Shown piece after piece: positions 40,478-49,539 of a DNA stretch of 64,000 nucleotides; position 1 is the first letter of the stretch, and every line of letters begins with the position of its first letter. The DNA lies in assembly GCA_050015675.1 (NCBI GenBank), contig JBEKAY010000001.1, positions 70,067 through 134,066 on the forward strand. Direction: 5' to 3'. The notes under the pieces were generated by a model that had not been told where the DNA came from, searched no databases, and saw only the letters and a list, made by a program, of their open reading frames with translations. This stretch comes from Bacteroidota bacterium (GTDB taxonomy: Bacteria > Bacteroidota > Ignavibacteria > UBA10030). A program made the position numbers and the translations under genes.

Positions 40478-40843
40478 ATGTCTACAAAGAGAATTGTTAC
40501 CATTGCTTCTGTTTTAACAGTAAGCCTCATCATGCTTTTCATCTATCCTTCAACTGATAATTCCATTAATGCAGGACAAGCAAGATACACACAAAATGCA
40601 ACTACTCTCACAAACGCGCACCAAATAACTATCTCATCGACCGATGTGCTCGTCCATTATTTTGGAAAGGACGTTGTAGAAAAAACCATGAAACAACCCG
40701 GCTGTGTAAGTGTTCGCATGTATTATGGCAAAAACGCAAACGGAAAAGCTGGATTCGTAATTGTTGGAGTTGATAAAAATGGCAGGGATATGGTACCAAC
40801 TGTCATAGCTGGACCAATAGATCAGTGTCCAAAATGTTATTAA
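40478..40843 (+). CDS. small secreted/membrane-anchored protein
   Basis: 121 aa with an AAGGAG RBS 8 nt upstream and an N-terminal signal/anchor (IVTIASVLTVSLIMLFIY). It ends in ...IDQCPKCY. No family was recognised. Confidence 0.55.
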   Translation: MSTKRIVTIASVLTVSLIMLFIYPSTDNSINAGQARYTQNATTLTNAHQITISSTDVLVHYFGKDVVEKTMKQPGCVSVRMYYGKNANGKAGFVIVGVDKNGRDMVPTVIAGPIDQCPKCY

Positions 40844-41003
40844 TAATTACCATTTGCACGAAGGTGATTCATTTGCTATCTTAGGCAAAGGATACAAAGC
40901 GGTGGCTATTCAACACCATCGCTTTTTATTAAATATCGCAACAAATTTATTATCGGTTCGTTGATTTATATATCTCAAAATTTGCTAAAGATATTTATTA
41001 ATT

Positions 41004-41645
41004 ATGTATCATTTGCCTCCCTTAGCATATGTAGCGTTATTTAGCCAGGTAGTGCCGATCTGTGTTGGAATTTTTAAAATAAAGAGGATGCATCGTGGAA
41101 TGAAAATCCTCTTTTTTTTTCTTGTAACTTCGTTTGTCGCAGATAATATTCTTATATGGTTCTTTCAAAGACATCCATATCGTTTAGGTATTATTCATGC
41201 TTATTTTCTTATGGAATATATATTTATTATATCTATAATTTCTATTTGGCAAGAATCTCATTGGATGAGGAGAATTTTTCAAGCGCTGATATTGCTTTAC
41301 ATTCTTTTTTGGATCGTGGCAAAACTCACCTTCGAACCTCTGAGCGGTTCATTTTCTCTGACTGCAAGTATTTCACAAGTCATTCTTTCGCTTGGCGCTG
41401 GATATACGTTATTTGTTGTTATCGGAAATCGAATACAAACCTTAATTCACTATGACCGTTTTTGGGTACTGCTTTCTTTCGTAATATATTATGCAGGCAC
41501 ACTCCTTTTTATTGCGTTGCGTGAAATTCTTATTCATTATTCTATTGAAACATTTTTTTTCGTCAATTCTATAGATTGGAGCCTTAAAATTCTTTTCAAT
41601 GTACTTTTCGTAAAAGGATTTCTGTGCCCTCAGACTCAAACATAG
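41004..41645 (+). CDS. polytopic membrane protein, paralog 1 (putative detached sensor module)
   Basis: 213 aa with ~6-7 TM segments. It is collinear with 41710-42351 over its full length, with identity at well over half of positions by eye. Confidence 0.65.
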   Translation: MYHLPPLAYVALFSQVVPICVGIFKIKRMHRGMKILFFFLVTSFVADNILIWFFQRHPYRLGIIHAYFLMEYIFIISIISIWQESHWMRRIFQALILLYILFWIVAKLTFEPLSGSFSLTASISQVILSLGAGYTLFVVIGNRIQTLIHYDRFWVLLSFVIYYAGTLLFIALREILIHYSIETFFFVNSIDWSLKILFNVLFVKGFLCPQTQT

Positions 41646-41709
41646 TACTTAGACAATATGGTCATTTATATTTAGGATTTTTTAGAAACAACTTCTATCC
41701 ATATAGCAA

Positions 41710-42351
41710 ATGTTTCAATATCCATTATTAACATATATATCGCTCTTTAGTGTAGTTTTACCGATTGGTGTAGGAATTACAAGAATAAGAACCTTGCAGC
41801 AGGGGATGAAAATCCTTTTCTATTATCTGATATTTGCATTTACAGCGGACATTTATCTTCTGTGGTTCGCAAGGGGATATCAATTTACTCTTGGGCTTTA
41901 CCATGTTTATTATCTCGTAGAATTTGTATTTATCATGTCTATTATTTCAATCTGGCAAGAATCGCATCGGATGAAGAGAATATTCCAAATTGTAATGTTA
42001 CTTTATATTCTGTTTTGGATTATTGCAAAGTGTACTTTTGAACCTCTGACCGGATTATATTCAGTTATAGCAAGTGCTTCTCAGGTTCTTCTTGCCTTCG
42101 GTGCCGGATATACGTTATATTTTGTTATAGAGCATCGGGTGCAGCCCTTGATAAATGACTATCGTTTCTGGGTGCTTTTTTCCTTTGTGATCTATTACAC
42201 AGGCACGCTTTGGATCGTTGCATCTCGAGGAAATTTCATTCATTATTCTAGAGAAACAATATTCATAATTGCTTCTTTAGATTGGGCTCTTAAAATTTTT
42301 TTCAATATACTTTTTGCAATAGGCTTCCTGTGTCCGCAGACTCGAACATAA
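41710..42351 (+). CDS. polytopic membrane protein, paralog 2 (putative detached sensor module)
   Basis: 213 aa, a tandem copy at a 706-nt period. It ends FLCPQTRT*, and its last 22 nt overlap the kinase ORF. Confidence 0.65.
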   Translation: MFQYPLLTYISLFSVVLPIGVGITRIRTLQQGMKILFYYLIFAFTADIYLLWFARGYQFTLGLYHVYYLVEFVFIMSIISIWQESHRMKRIFQIVMLLYILFWIIAKCTFEPLTGLYSVIASASQVLLAFGAGYTLYFVIEHRVQPLINDYRFWVLFSFVIYYTGTLWIVASRGNFIHYSRETIFIIASLDWALKIFFNILFAIGFLCPQTRT

Positions 42352-43145
42352 TACTTACAGCCGTCTTCAGTATCACTGCTGTAGTGCTTGGGCTGTTTTT
42401 ATTTTTTGTGGTGATGATGTTGCGAAGCCATCGCAAAATCGAAGCCGCTCAACGCGAGCGGCTCCGCCAAATGCAACTATTTTCAGAAAAGCTGCAATCG
42501 GCGCGAGAGGAAGAACAAAAACAGATTGCCCGTGAACTACACGATGAACTCGGTGGCGCTCTCACGGGCATCAAATATGATCTGCTCTGGCTTGGTAAAC
42601 ATACGGCAATGAAAAGTGTTGTGAAAAAACGCTACCAAGCTATCCGGGCAATGGTCGATTCAACAACGAAAACTGTACAGAGAATCTCTTCCGGATTGCG
42701 GCCCAAAATATTAGACACCGTCGGATTGGCGGCGGCGGTGGAATGGCATACGCGTGAATTCACAAAGCGAACTTCAATCGAAGTAAAACTTCAACAACCC
42801 GCCACGATTCCATCCATGGGTGACGCGATGACAACGGGTGTTTATAGAATTATTCAAGAAGCATTGACCAATGTTGCCCGTCATTCAGAAGCGACCCGCG
42901 CTGAAGTGACAATGCGATTGAACGATGGCGAACTCCATGTGGAAATTGCAGACAACGGCAAAGGTATTGACCAGGCAATGATTGTTCATCCTGAGTCATT
43001 AGGAATTTTGAGCATGCAGGAACGCGCCCGGATGTTAGGAGGCAAAATTGCGATCACAAGCAATCCCGGGAAAGGCACATGCATCGTTTTGAGCGCTCCG
43101 ATCCACAATGGAAATCAATCGACGACGGAAAGCAATTCACTATGA
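42330..43145 (+). CDS. NarL/DegS-type sensor histidine kinase (HisKA_3 + HATPase_c) with a single TM helix and no sensor domain
   Basis: 271 aa. It has one TM segment (ILTAVFSITAVVLGLFLFFVVMM), a coiled coil, H-box ARELHDELGG, N-box EALTNVARHS, G1 DNGKGI and a G2 region. The GTG start at 42330 is uncertain. Confidence 0.75.
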   Translation: MSADSNIILTAVFSITAVVLGLFLFFVVMMLRSHRKIEAAQRERLRQMQLFSEKLQSAREEEQKQIARELHDELGGALTGIKYDLLWLGKHTAMKSVVKKRYQAIRAMVDSTTKTVQRISSGLRPKILDTVGLAAAVEWHTREFTKRTSIEVKLQQPATIPSMGDAMTTGVYRIIQEALTNVARHSEATRAEVTMRLNDGELHVEIADNGKGIDQAMIVHPESLGILSMQERARMLGGKIAITSNPGKGTCIVLSAPIHNGNQSTTESNSL

Positions 43146-43771
43146 GAGTCCTTATTGTCGATGATCATGAATTTACGCGTGAAGGGGTTGTTCACATTTT
43201 GACCGACAATTTCAATATTGTAAAAATGGCGCGTGCAGGAAACTACGAAGACGCGATGGTACAAATACAAAATGACAAATGGGATATTATTATTCTCGAT
43301 ATCAATCTTCCGGGAAAAGGGGGACTTGAAATTCTTAGCTATATTAGAGCCATTGAATCGAAAGTGCCGGTACTGGTCTTAAGCATGGTTCCCGTGTCGC
43401 AGTATGCGCGCAGGATATTACAAGCAGGAGCATCCGGATACTTGACGAAATCCGAGCCGGGAGAAGAATTAATCAAAGCAGTGCGGACACTTACTCGAGG
43501 CTTGAAATATTTCAGCCCTGAGGTTCAGCAGGAACTTCCCGATATTATAGATGAAACTATAGACAAGCCAAAGTACCTTAATTTGACCGATCGCGAATTT
43601 GAAGTGCTGCGAAGACTGGCGGAGGGAAAAAGTTCCAAAGAAATTGCCGGAGAGTATAAGATTTCGATAAATACAATCAACTCCTACCGTAAGCGTGTAA
43701 TGACTAAACTTCATGCAAAATCAAATATCGATCTGGTTAAATATGCTTATAAATATAAAATTATTGAATAG
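43142..43771 (+). CDS. NarL/LuxR-family response regulator
   Basis: Starts MRVLIVDDHEF, with the ATG overlapping the kinase stop (ATGA). It has REC with ILDINLPG and a C-terminal LuxR HTH LTDREFEVLRRLAEGKSSKEIAGEYKISINTINSYRKRVMTKL. Confidence 0.85.
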   Translation: MRVLIVDDHEFTREGVVHILTDNFNIVKMARAGNYEDAMVQIQNDKWDIIILDINLPGKGGLEILSYIRAIESKVPVLVLSMVPVSQYARRILQAGASGYLTKSEPGEELIKAVRTLTRGLKYFSPEVQQELPDIIDETIDKPKYLNLTDREFEVLRRLAEGKSSKEIAGEYKISINTINSYRKRVMTKLHAKSNIDLVKYAYKYKIIE

Positions 43772-43912
43772 ACATCTCGAAAAACTTAGAAGCCTTCTCT
43801 TCATTTTTTATCAATCTATACAATCCAAGCACATTGTAAAATACGATCACTGATCGGATTCTACAGCGATGCGAACTAAGCGGTTAAGCTATGTATCTAG
43901 ATTCCAAGCATG

Positions 43913-44686
43913 TTATTGTGCACGATGCACAAGCGTTGTCGAAGCCTGCGCGGTCGGCATAATAATTACTTCGGCAATTTGTACATGCGGTGGACGTGTA
44001 GCTGCAAACAAAACGGCGTCTGCAATATCATCGGGCGTCAGCGGCGTCATGTTCTGATATATTTTTTTTGCACGCTCCGTGTCGCCGTGGAAGCGCACTT
44101 CGCTGAATTCTGTTTCCACTAATCCCGGATCAACTGTGCAAACGCGAATTGGTGTATCAACTAAATCCATCCGCATTCCTTTCGTAAGCGCATCGACTGC
44201 GTGCTTGGTAGCGCAGTACACATTTCCGCTGGGGTACACATCGTGCCCTGCAATGGAACCGATGTTGATGACTGTACCCTTTTTGCGTTCAACCATTCCG
44301 GGGAGCACTGCACGGCTGACATAGAGCAGCCCCTTCACGTTTGTGTCGATCATTTCTTCCCAGTCTTCTAACTTTCCTTCATATAATTTATTCAGCCCAC
44401 GGCTTAGTCCGGCGTTGTTGACGAGAATGTCTATATGCCGCCATTCGTCCGGAAGTTTTTTATAAAACTTTGCTACAGCCCGGTTGTCACGCACATCTAA
44501 TTCGCCAATAAATATTTCGGTGTTAAATTGTTTTTTTAACTCTGCGGCAAGTTTTTCCAACCGCTTTTTGCGGCGGGCGACGAGAATAAGTTTCGCGCCG
44601 GCTTCAGCAAACGAGCGCGCACACGAACGACCGATGCCGCTGCTGGCGCCTGTGATGAAGACGATAGAATCTGTAAGGTTTGTCAT
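43913..44686 (-). CDS. short-chain dehydrogenase/reductase (YdfG-like)
   Basis: ITGASSGIG cofactor motif and catalytic YCATKHAV (YxxxK). ATG 44686 (MTNLTDSIVFITG) is preferred over the track start 44800. Confidence 0.8.
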   Translation of the reverse strand: MTNLTDSIVFITGASSGIGRSCARSFAEAGAKLILVARRKKRLEKLAAELKKQFNTEIFIGELDVRDNRAVAKFYKKLPDEWRHIDILVNNAGLSRGLNKLYEGKLEDWEEMIDTNVKGLLYVSRAVLPGMVERKKGTVINIGSIAGHDVYPSGNVYCATKHAVDALTKGMRMDLVDTPIRVCTVDPGLVETEFSEVRFHGDTERAKKIYQNMTPLTPDDIADAVLFAATRPPHVQIAEVIIMPTAQASTTLVHRAQ

Positions 44687-44729
44687 ACTGTTAGATCTTA
44701 AATGATGGATGTTAGACGATTTGATGCAA

Positions 44730-45869
44730 TTAGGTTCTTCCACGCAAGATTTTCCACTGGTCAACGACTCTGTTTCCCCTGGTGACATAGTATTGGTCAA
44801 AGTTTGCTGCGGTGAAACACGCGTGGTGTTCCAGGATTCTGATTTTATCGCCGACTTTAAATCGCCCTTTGATGTGTGCTACTTGTTCGGCAACCACTAT
44901 TCCGTGTTCTTGAGAGAGGTTCTGTATCTGTAAATCGATATGAGTAAATAATCGTTTTCGTTCATAATCTTCGTAAATTGCGCCCATACCCATGTCGTTT
45001 CGAAGATGGGTCGCACCAAGATCTTTCGACAGCGCAAGCGCACCCGCATCGGTAAAAAAGAATTGCGCAGATGGTTGATGCGATATAACACTCGCCAGCA
45101 CCGTTAGTGCACAATCGCCGACATTACAAACCCCGAGTTGCGCTTGAGTATAATCATGGAAGGCATAGTTGCCGGGCCTCATTTCGTTTACACCGTCCAG
45201 CGATTTCGCGAGAGTCATCGTCGGCGTTGATCCAATGCTGATTAATGGAACATTAATGCTCCTCTTGCGCAGACGTTCGGCAAAATGCACCATCACCGAT
45301 CGCTCTTCTTCGGCGATCTTCATGATTTCATCTTTCGACTTTGCATTATACGAATGCCCTGCGTGCGCAAGTATGCCGTCGAAGATCATTGTTTGGGAAT
45401 TCGCGAGTGACTGAGCAAGCTGTTCGGCTGTTTGCGAGTACGGATTGACTCCTGCCCGATGGCCGCCGCAATCGACTTTCAGCCAGACATGCAGTCTGCC
45501 ACTGTGCATGGCAAAGGCATGCTCCAGTTGTGTGATCGCTTCCTGACTGTCGACAAGTACGCGTAGTGTAATTTTGGATGAAAGTGCAACGGCTTTCTCA
45601 GCATACGAAAAAGGAAACGGAAGAGCCCACGTGATATCGGTGAATCCGTTTTCAGCAAATTGTTCTGCTTCGTATAAGGTTGAAACAGTGATTCCACTGG
45701 CACCGAGGGACAATTGCTGTTTGGCAATTTTGATGCATTTGTGTGTTTTAATGTTGGGGCGCAGTGCAACATTCATTTCGCGTGCACGATTTTGCATGCG
45801 CTTTAGATTTTGCTCGAGGATATCATAATCGAGCAGCAAGGCAGGCGTTGGCAATTGGTCGATGTTCAT
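44730..45869 (-). CDS. PLP-dependent D-threonine aldolase / D-serine dehydratase-like (alanine racemase N-terminal fold) enzyme
   Basis: 379 aa with RPNIKTHKC (PLP-lysine motif of the family) and the typical length and C-terminal beta domain. Confidence 0.65.
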   Translation of the reverse strand: MNIDQLPTPALLLDYDILEQNLKRMQNRAREMNVALRPNIKTHKCIKIAKQQLSLGASGITVSTLYEAEQFAENGFTDITWALPFPFSYAEKAVALSSKITLRVLVDSQEAITQLEHAFAMHSGRLHVWLKVDCGGHRAGVNPYSQTAEQLAQSLANSQTMIFDGILAHAGHSYNAKSKDEIMKIAEEERSVMVHFAERLRKRSINVPLISIGSTPTMTLAKSLDGVNEMRPGNYAFHDYTQAQLGVCNVGDCALTVLASVISHQPSAQFFFTDAGALALSKDLGATHLRNDMGMGAIYEDYERKRLFTHIDLQIQNLSQEHGIVVAEQVAHIKGRFKVGDKIRILEHHACFTAANFDQYYVTRGNRVVDQWKILRGRT

Positions 45870-46220
45870 TTATTTATGCAGAAGGAAGTGAATCTCAAGT
45901 TCGTTTCTGTCATCTCCATTGTGATGGCTTAAGTTAGCATTTTTTTCAGATATCTCAATTCATAGAAACGCTCCTGTTTACTTTTTGTATCTTTCATCAA
46001 TGGAAATACCATATAATAATCCAACACTCTCCGAAACCAGATTGAGGTATTACAGAAAAAGGTAATGTTCTTTTTCCATGAACTCAATGAGTGAAACAAT
46101 CGTTCCTGGTATATTCATTTCCATAATTACGCCTGTATATAGAATAGTTCATTTATGGAACTAACGCATTCTTCGTTCGTCAAATTTATGCAATGTATCG
46201 ATGAATAAAGAAACTGTCAC

Positions 46221-47093
46221 ATGGCAAAGGGAAGAATGATGGGCGCAACAATATCGAAACGACGGCTGAGCTTATCCATGTCACCTCATGTATTATTGGT
46301 AATGCCGCTACTATTAATCCTGCTAAACGGTTGCAGCAGCGGTCTTAAACTTACCAGCGATTGGCAGCAGGGTGAGATAAATATTGATGGCAGCGATTCT
46401 GAATGGCAGCGCGGATTGTATTACGACAAGGAATCCGATTTTGTTTATGGCGTGCGAAATGATGATAAGTATGTCTACATTTTTTTGAAAACGCAAAATC
46501 GTTTTACGCAAATGCAAATTATGGGACAGGGGTTGACAGTGTGGTTTGATAGAGAAGGTGGAAAAAATCAGGCATTGGGCGTCCACTATCCGATAAGCCG
46601 GCAAGAAACACATGCCGGATTTTCTCCTGATAGCAACGAAGAAAAACTTCACACATTTCTTGATCAAGCGTTTCCTGAATTGGAAATTATTGGTCCAAGG
46701 AAAGAAGATATTCAACGGTTCTCAGCGTTGGAAGCGCCAGGTATTCGTGTAAAACTCAGCCGTACACGCGAGACATTAGTGTATGAATTGCGCGTGCCAT
46801 TAAAGAAAACATCAGAGCATCCATTTGCAATCGAACCAATTTCAGGGAGCCGCATTGGAATTGAATTCGAAACAGGAGAATTCAAACCGGAACAAAGTAA
46901 AGGCGGCATGCGCTTAGGAAGCGGACATGACCGTGGCGAAAAAATAGGTGAAGATAATGCTACAGAAGGAGGCGGTGTCGGTGGTAAAAGATTTCGCGGT
47001 GGTGGAGATCAAGGCGGCCGTTTCGGTAAAATAGAAAAGACAAAACAAATGGAATTATGGCTATCTGTTCAATTAGCTCAATCTACGTCGTAA
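46221..47093 (+). CDS. hypothetical lipoprotein with Gly/Arg-rich C-terminal region
   Basis: The signal ends in a lipobox-like LLNGC. A beta-rich central part (INIDGSDSEW...) is followed by a low-complexity GGGVGGKRFRGGGDQGGRFG tail. Confidence 0.55.
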   Translation: MAKGRMMGATISKRRLSLSMSPHVLLVMPLLLILLNGCSSGLKLTSDWQQGEINIDGSDSEWQRGLYYDKESDFVYGVRNDDKYVYIFLKTQNRFTQMQIMGQGLTVWFDREGGKNQALGVHYPISRQETHAGFSPDSNEEKLHTFLDQAFPELEIIGPRKEDIQRFSALEAPGIRVKLSRTRETLVYELRVPLKKTSEHPFAIEPISGSRIGIEFETGEFKPEQSKGGMRLGSGHDRGEKIGEDNATEGGGVGGKRFRGGGDQGGRFGKIEKTKQMELWLSVQLAQSTS

Positions 47094-47154
47094 CTGATGT
47101 TACGCAAAACCATCTTTTATGCTGATAAACATGGAATGTAATGGAACAAAGTAC

Positions 47155-47252
47155 ACCACCCCCGCCTGCCGGCGGGCAGGCATTTCTCCCCTCCTCGTTT
47201 GAGGAGGGAAAACCCCGACACGATATAATATCGTGGCGGGATAGGGAGGTGG
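47155..47252 (-). repeat. multi-hairpin palindromic element, copy A (inverted relative to copy B)
   Basis: Three consecutive hairpins. gcctgcc/ggcaggc is at 47164-47181. ccctcctc/gaggaggg is at 47189-47208. cccgacacgatat/atatcgtggcggg is at 47214-47240 with 1 mismatch. They are enclosed by ccaccccc ... gggaggtgg. The reverse complement shares cctcctcaaaNgaggagggg and the terminal ggggtggtg with copy B. Confidence 0.75.
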
Positions 47253-47435
47253 ACAACCATATAAAAACTATAAATCCTTTAATAAAAATTATTCTGTGTG
47301 TAACATCAGATCGTAATAAGAGAGGGGCAGAAATAGATCACAGCATCATTGCTTGTGTGCGGGGCAACTTTTATCGATCAACAGACTCAACTTGCAACTT
47401 GTCCTTCTTCTCGCTAAGTTTCTATCGGACAATGT

Positions 47436-48959
47436 ATGGCTCGCCTTATGCTTAAGACAAAGACTCTTGCACTCCTAACTTCTTGCTTCATTTTTTTATG
47501 TGCCGATTGCCAATCACAAAGCGAACGCATTGACCGCCAGCCCGCCGTTGCAGGATCGTTCTATCCAGCCAAGCAGGAAGAACTCAGCGCGACACTGAAG
47601 CAGCTTTTTACAAATGCTGTTCCGTCAAAAGATATTCAAAATGTTCTTGCCATCATTTCTCCACATGCGGGATATGTATTCTCCGGAGAAGTTGCAGCAT
47701 CGGCGTTTAACCAGATTGATCCGACGAAAGAATACGAGAACATCTTCCTCCTCGGTTCAAGTCACTATGTTGCTTTTGAAGGGGCATCGATTTACTCGCA
47801 AGGCAATTTTATAACACCGCTTGGCACAGTGAAAGTGAACACCAAACTTGCCAATCAGCTTATCAAGAATAACAGTATCTTCTCCAATCGAACGGATGCG
47901 CATGCCCGCGAACACAGTTTGGAAGTTCAACTTCCGTTTCTTCAATATCGATTGAAAAAGGATTTTAAGATTGTTCCCATTGTTCTTGGAACACAATCTC
48001 CAGAAATCTGCCGGCGAATTGCCAAAGCCTTGCAACCATATTTTAACGCGAAGAATCTTTTTGTCATCAGCACAGACTTTTCACACTATCCATCTTACCA
48101 GGATGCAAAGATCATCGATAAAGCAACTGCCGATGCAATTCTCACCAACTCACCGGAAAATTTGATTAGCTCGATGGCGAATTATGAACAGAATGGTATT
48201 TCCAATCTTGCCACCTGTCTCTGCGGTTGGACAAGTGTGTTGACGTTGATGTATATGACGGAAGGAAATGGCGATGTTGAGTTCACTCATATCCAATATA
48301 AAAACTCAGGTGATACAGAATATGGAGAGAAGAACCGAGTTGTCGGCTATAATGCAATCGCTGTTTCATTGAAGGAGAAGAAGAGACGGTCGGAGTTCAG
48401 ACTTAGTGATAAAGACAAGAAAGATTTGCTGGCGATTGCGCGTAACACAGTTGAGTACTATGTGAAGAATCACGCGAAATCTGAAATAGACGGGAAGAAT
48501 CTGTCATCGATATTAAAAACAAACTGCGGCACGTTTGTCACCCTGAAAAAGCATGGCAATTTGCGCGGATGCATTGGACGCTTCGATGCGAGCGAGCCGC
48601 TCTACAAAGTTGTGCAGGATATGGCAATTGCATCGTCAACACAAGATTACCGTTTCTCGCCTGTCGAATCGGATGAAATTCCCGAACTTGAAATAGAAAT
48701 CTCCGTGCTTACACCGATGCGGCGCATCAATTCCATCAATGAAATTAAATTAGGCAAACACGGTATTTATATTAGAGAAGGAAACCGTTCTGGAACATTC
48801 CTGCCGCAGGTGGCAGTGGAAACCGGCTGGACGAAGGAAGAATTCCTGGGTCACTGTGCGCAGGACAAAGCAGGCATTGGCTGGGATGGTTGGAAGGATG
48901 CAGAGTTATATATATATGAGGCACTCGTCTTCAGCGAAAAAGAATTTGGACTGAAATAA
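47436..48959 (+). CDS. AmmeMemoRadiSam system fusion protein: AmrB (MEMO1-like) + AmrA (AMMECR1-like), with N-terminal signal peptide
   Basis: 507 aa. The N-terminal half has AGSFYP, ISPHAGYVFSGEVAASAF and STDFSHY (Memo motifs). The C-terminal half has LRGCIGRF and PQVAVETGWTKEEFL (AMMECR1 motifs). The first ~25 aa (MLKTKTLALLTSCFIFLCADCQSQ) look like a Sec or lipoprotein signal. Confidence 0.8.
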   Translation: MARLMLKTKTLALLTSCFIFLCADCQSQSERIDRQPAVAGSFYPAKQEELSATLKQLFTNAVPSKDIQNVLAIISPHAGYVFSGEVAASAFNQIDPTKEYENIFLLGSSHYVAFEGASIYSQGNFITPLGTVKVNTKLANQLIKNNSIFSNRTDAHAREHSLEVQLPFLQYRLKKDFKIVPIVLGTQSPEICRRIAKALQPYFNAKNLFVISTDFSHYPSYQDAKIIDKATADAILTNSPENLISSMANYEQNGISNLATCLCGWTSVLTLMYMTEGNGDVEFTHIQYKNSGDTEYGEKNRVVGYNAIAVSLKEKKRRSEFRLSDKDKKDLLAIARNTVEYYVKNHAKSEIDGKNLSSILKTNCGTFVTLKKHGNLRGCIGRFDASEPLYKVVQDMAIASSTQDYRFSPVESDEIPELEIEISVLTPMRRINSINEIKLGKHGIYIREGNRSGTFLPQVAVETGWTKEEFLGHCAQDKAGIGWDGWKDAELYIYEALVFSEKEFGLK

Positions 48960-49010
48960 AATTCGACACATTCCACGAGCCATGAAACACCAATATTTTC
49001 TCGTTGTAAC

Positions 49011-49039
49011 TTGACAATGTCATTCACCTGTGGTATAAT
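49011..49039 (+). promoter_or_regulatory. consensus sigma70-type promoter for the XRE regulator / RM unit
   Basis: TTGACA (49011-16), an exact 17-nt spacer, then TATAAT (49034-39). AGGAGG lies at 49055-60 and ATG at 49065. Confidence 0.6.
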
Positions 49040-49048
49040 ATATACCAC
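49030..49048. promoter_or_regulatory. perfect 8-bp inverted repeat overlapping the -10 box (candidate operator)
   Basis: gtggtata-ata-tataccac. The left arm contains the first four bases of the TATAAT box. Confidence 0.5.
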
Positions 49049-49064
49049 ACATTCAGGAGGAGTT

Positions 49065-49427
49065 ATGACATTCGGAGAATTTGTACGCGAAAAAAGAATT
49101 CATGCAGAAATGAGCTTGCGCGAATTTTGCCGGCAGGCAGAACTTGATCCAAGCAATTGGAGCAAAGTAGAACGCGACCTGCTTCCAGCGCTCGGAACAC
49201 GTGAATCTTTAGAGAATATTGCTAAGCTACTAAAGCTTAAAAAAGGTTTAACGGATTGGGCAACATTTTTTGATCTTGCGGCAATCTCACAGCAACGCAT
49301 ACCGGATGATGTCTATAAGGATGAAGACGTTGTTGCTGCTTTGCCAGTGTTCTTTCGAACGGTGCGAGGAGAAAAACCAAGTGAAGAAGAACTCGATAAA
49401 TTGATTGCTCTTCTGAAAAACAGATAA
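49065..49427 (+). CDS. XRE-family helix-turn-helix regulator (candidate controller protein of the RM gene)
   Basis: 120 aa. The N-terminal HTH_3 pattern is FGEFVREKRIHAEMSLREFCRQAELDPSNWSKVERD. There is a strong RBS. The track start TTG 49011 is actually the -35 box. Confidence 0.75.
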   Translation: MTFGEFVREKRIHAEMSLREFCRQAELDPSNWSKVERDLLPALGTRESLENIAKLLKLKKGLTDWATFFDLAAISQQRIPDDVYKDEDVVAALPVFFRTVRGEKPSEEELDKLIALLKNR

Positions 49428-49539
49428 CCATGCCTCCCGATTTTTCGAAGATCATCATTCCGTATATTTCTGATGAAGTTATTTTACGAAGAATGGATGC
49501 CGAGAATATTTATCCAATACAAGACTGAAAAAGATTAGT

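Noticed and set aside
47141-47455. 104-aa ORF (MEQSTPPPPAGGQAFLPSSFEEGKPRHD...) upstream of amrBA
   Set aside because: Its N-terminal half is simply the translation of the three-hairpin palindromic element (47155-47252). The rest is AT-rich intergenic DNA running into the amrBA start. There is no RBS and no coding-like composition.
49430-49528. 32-aa ORF (MPPDFSKIIIPYISDEVILRRMDAENIYPIQD) between the XRE gene and the RM gene
   Set aside because: It is too short and has no recognisable motif or RBS. It may be a remnant of an ImmA/toxin-type partner of the XRE protein, but I cannot support that.
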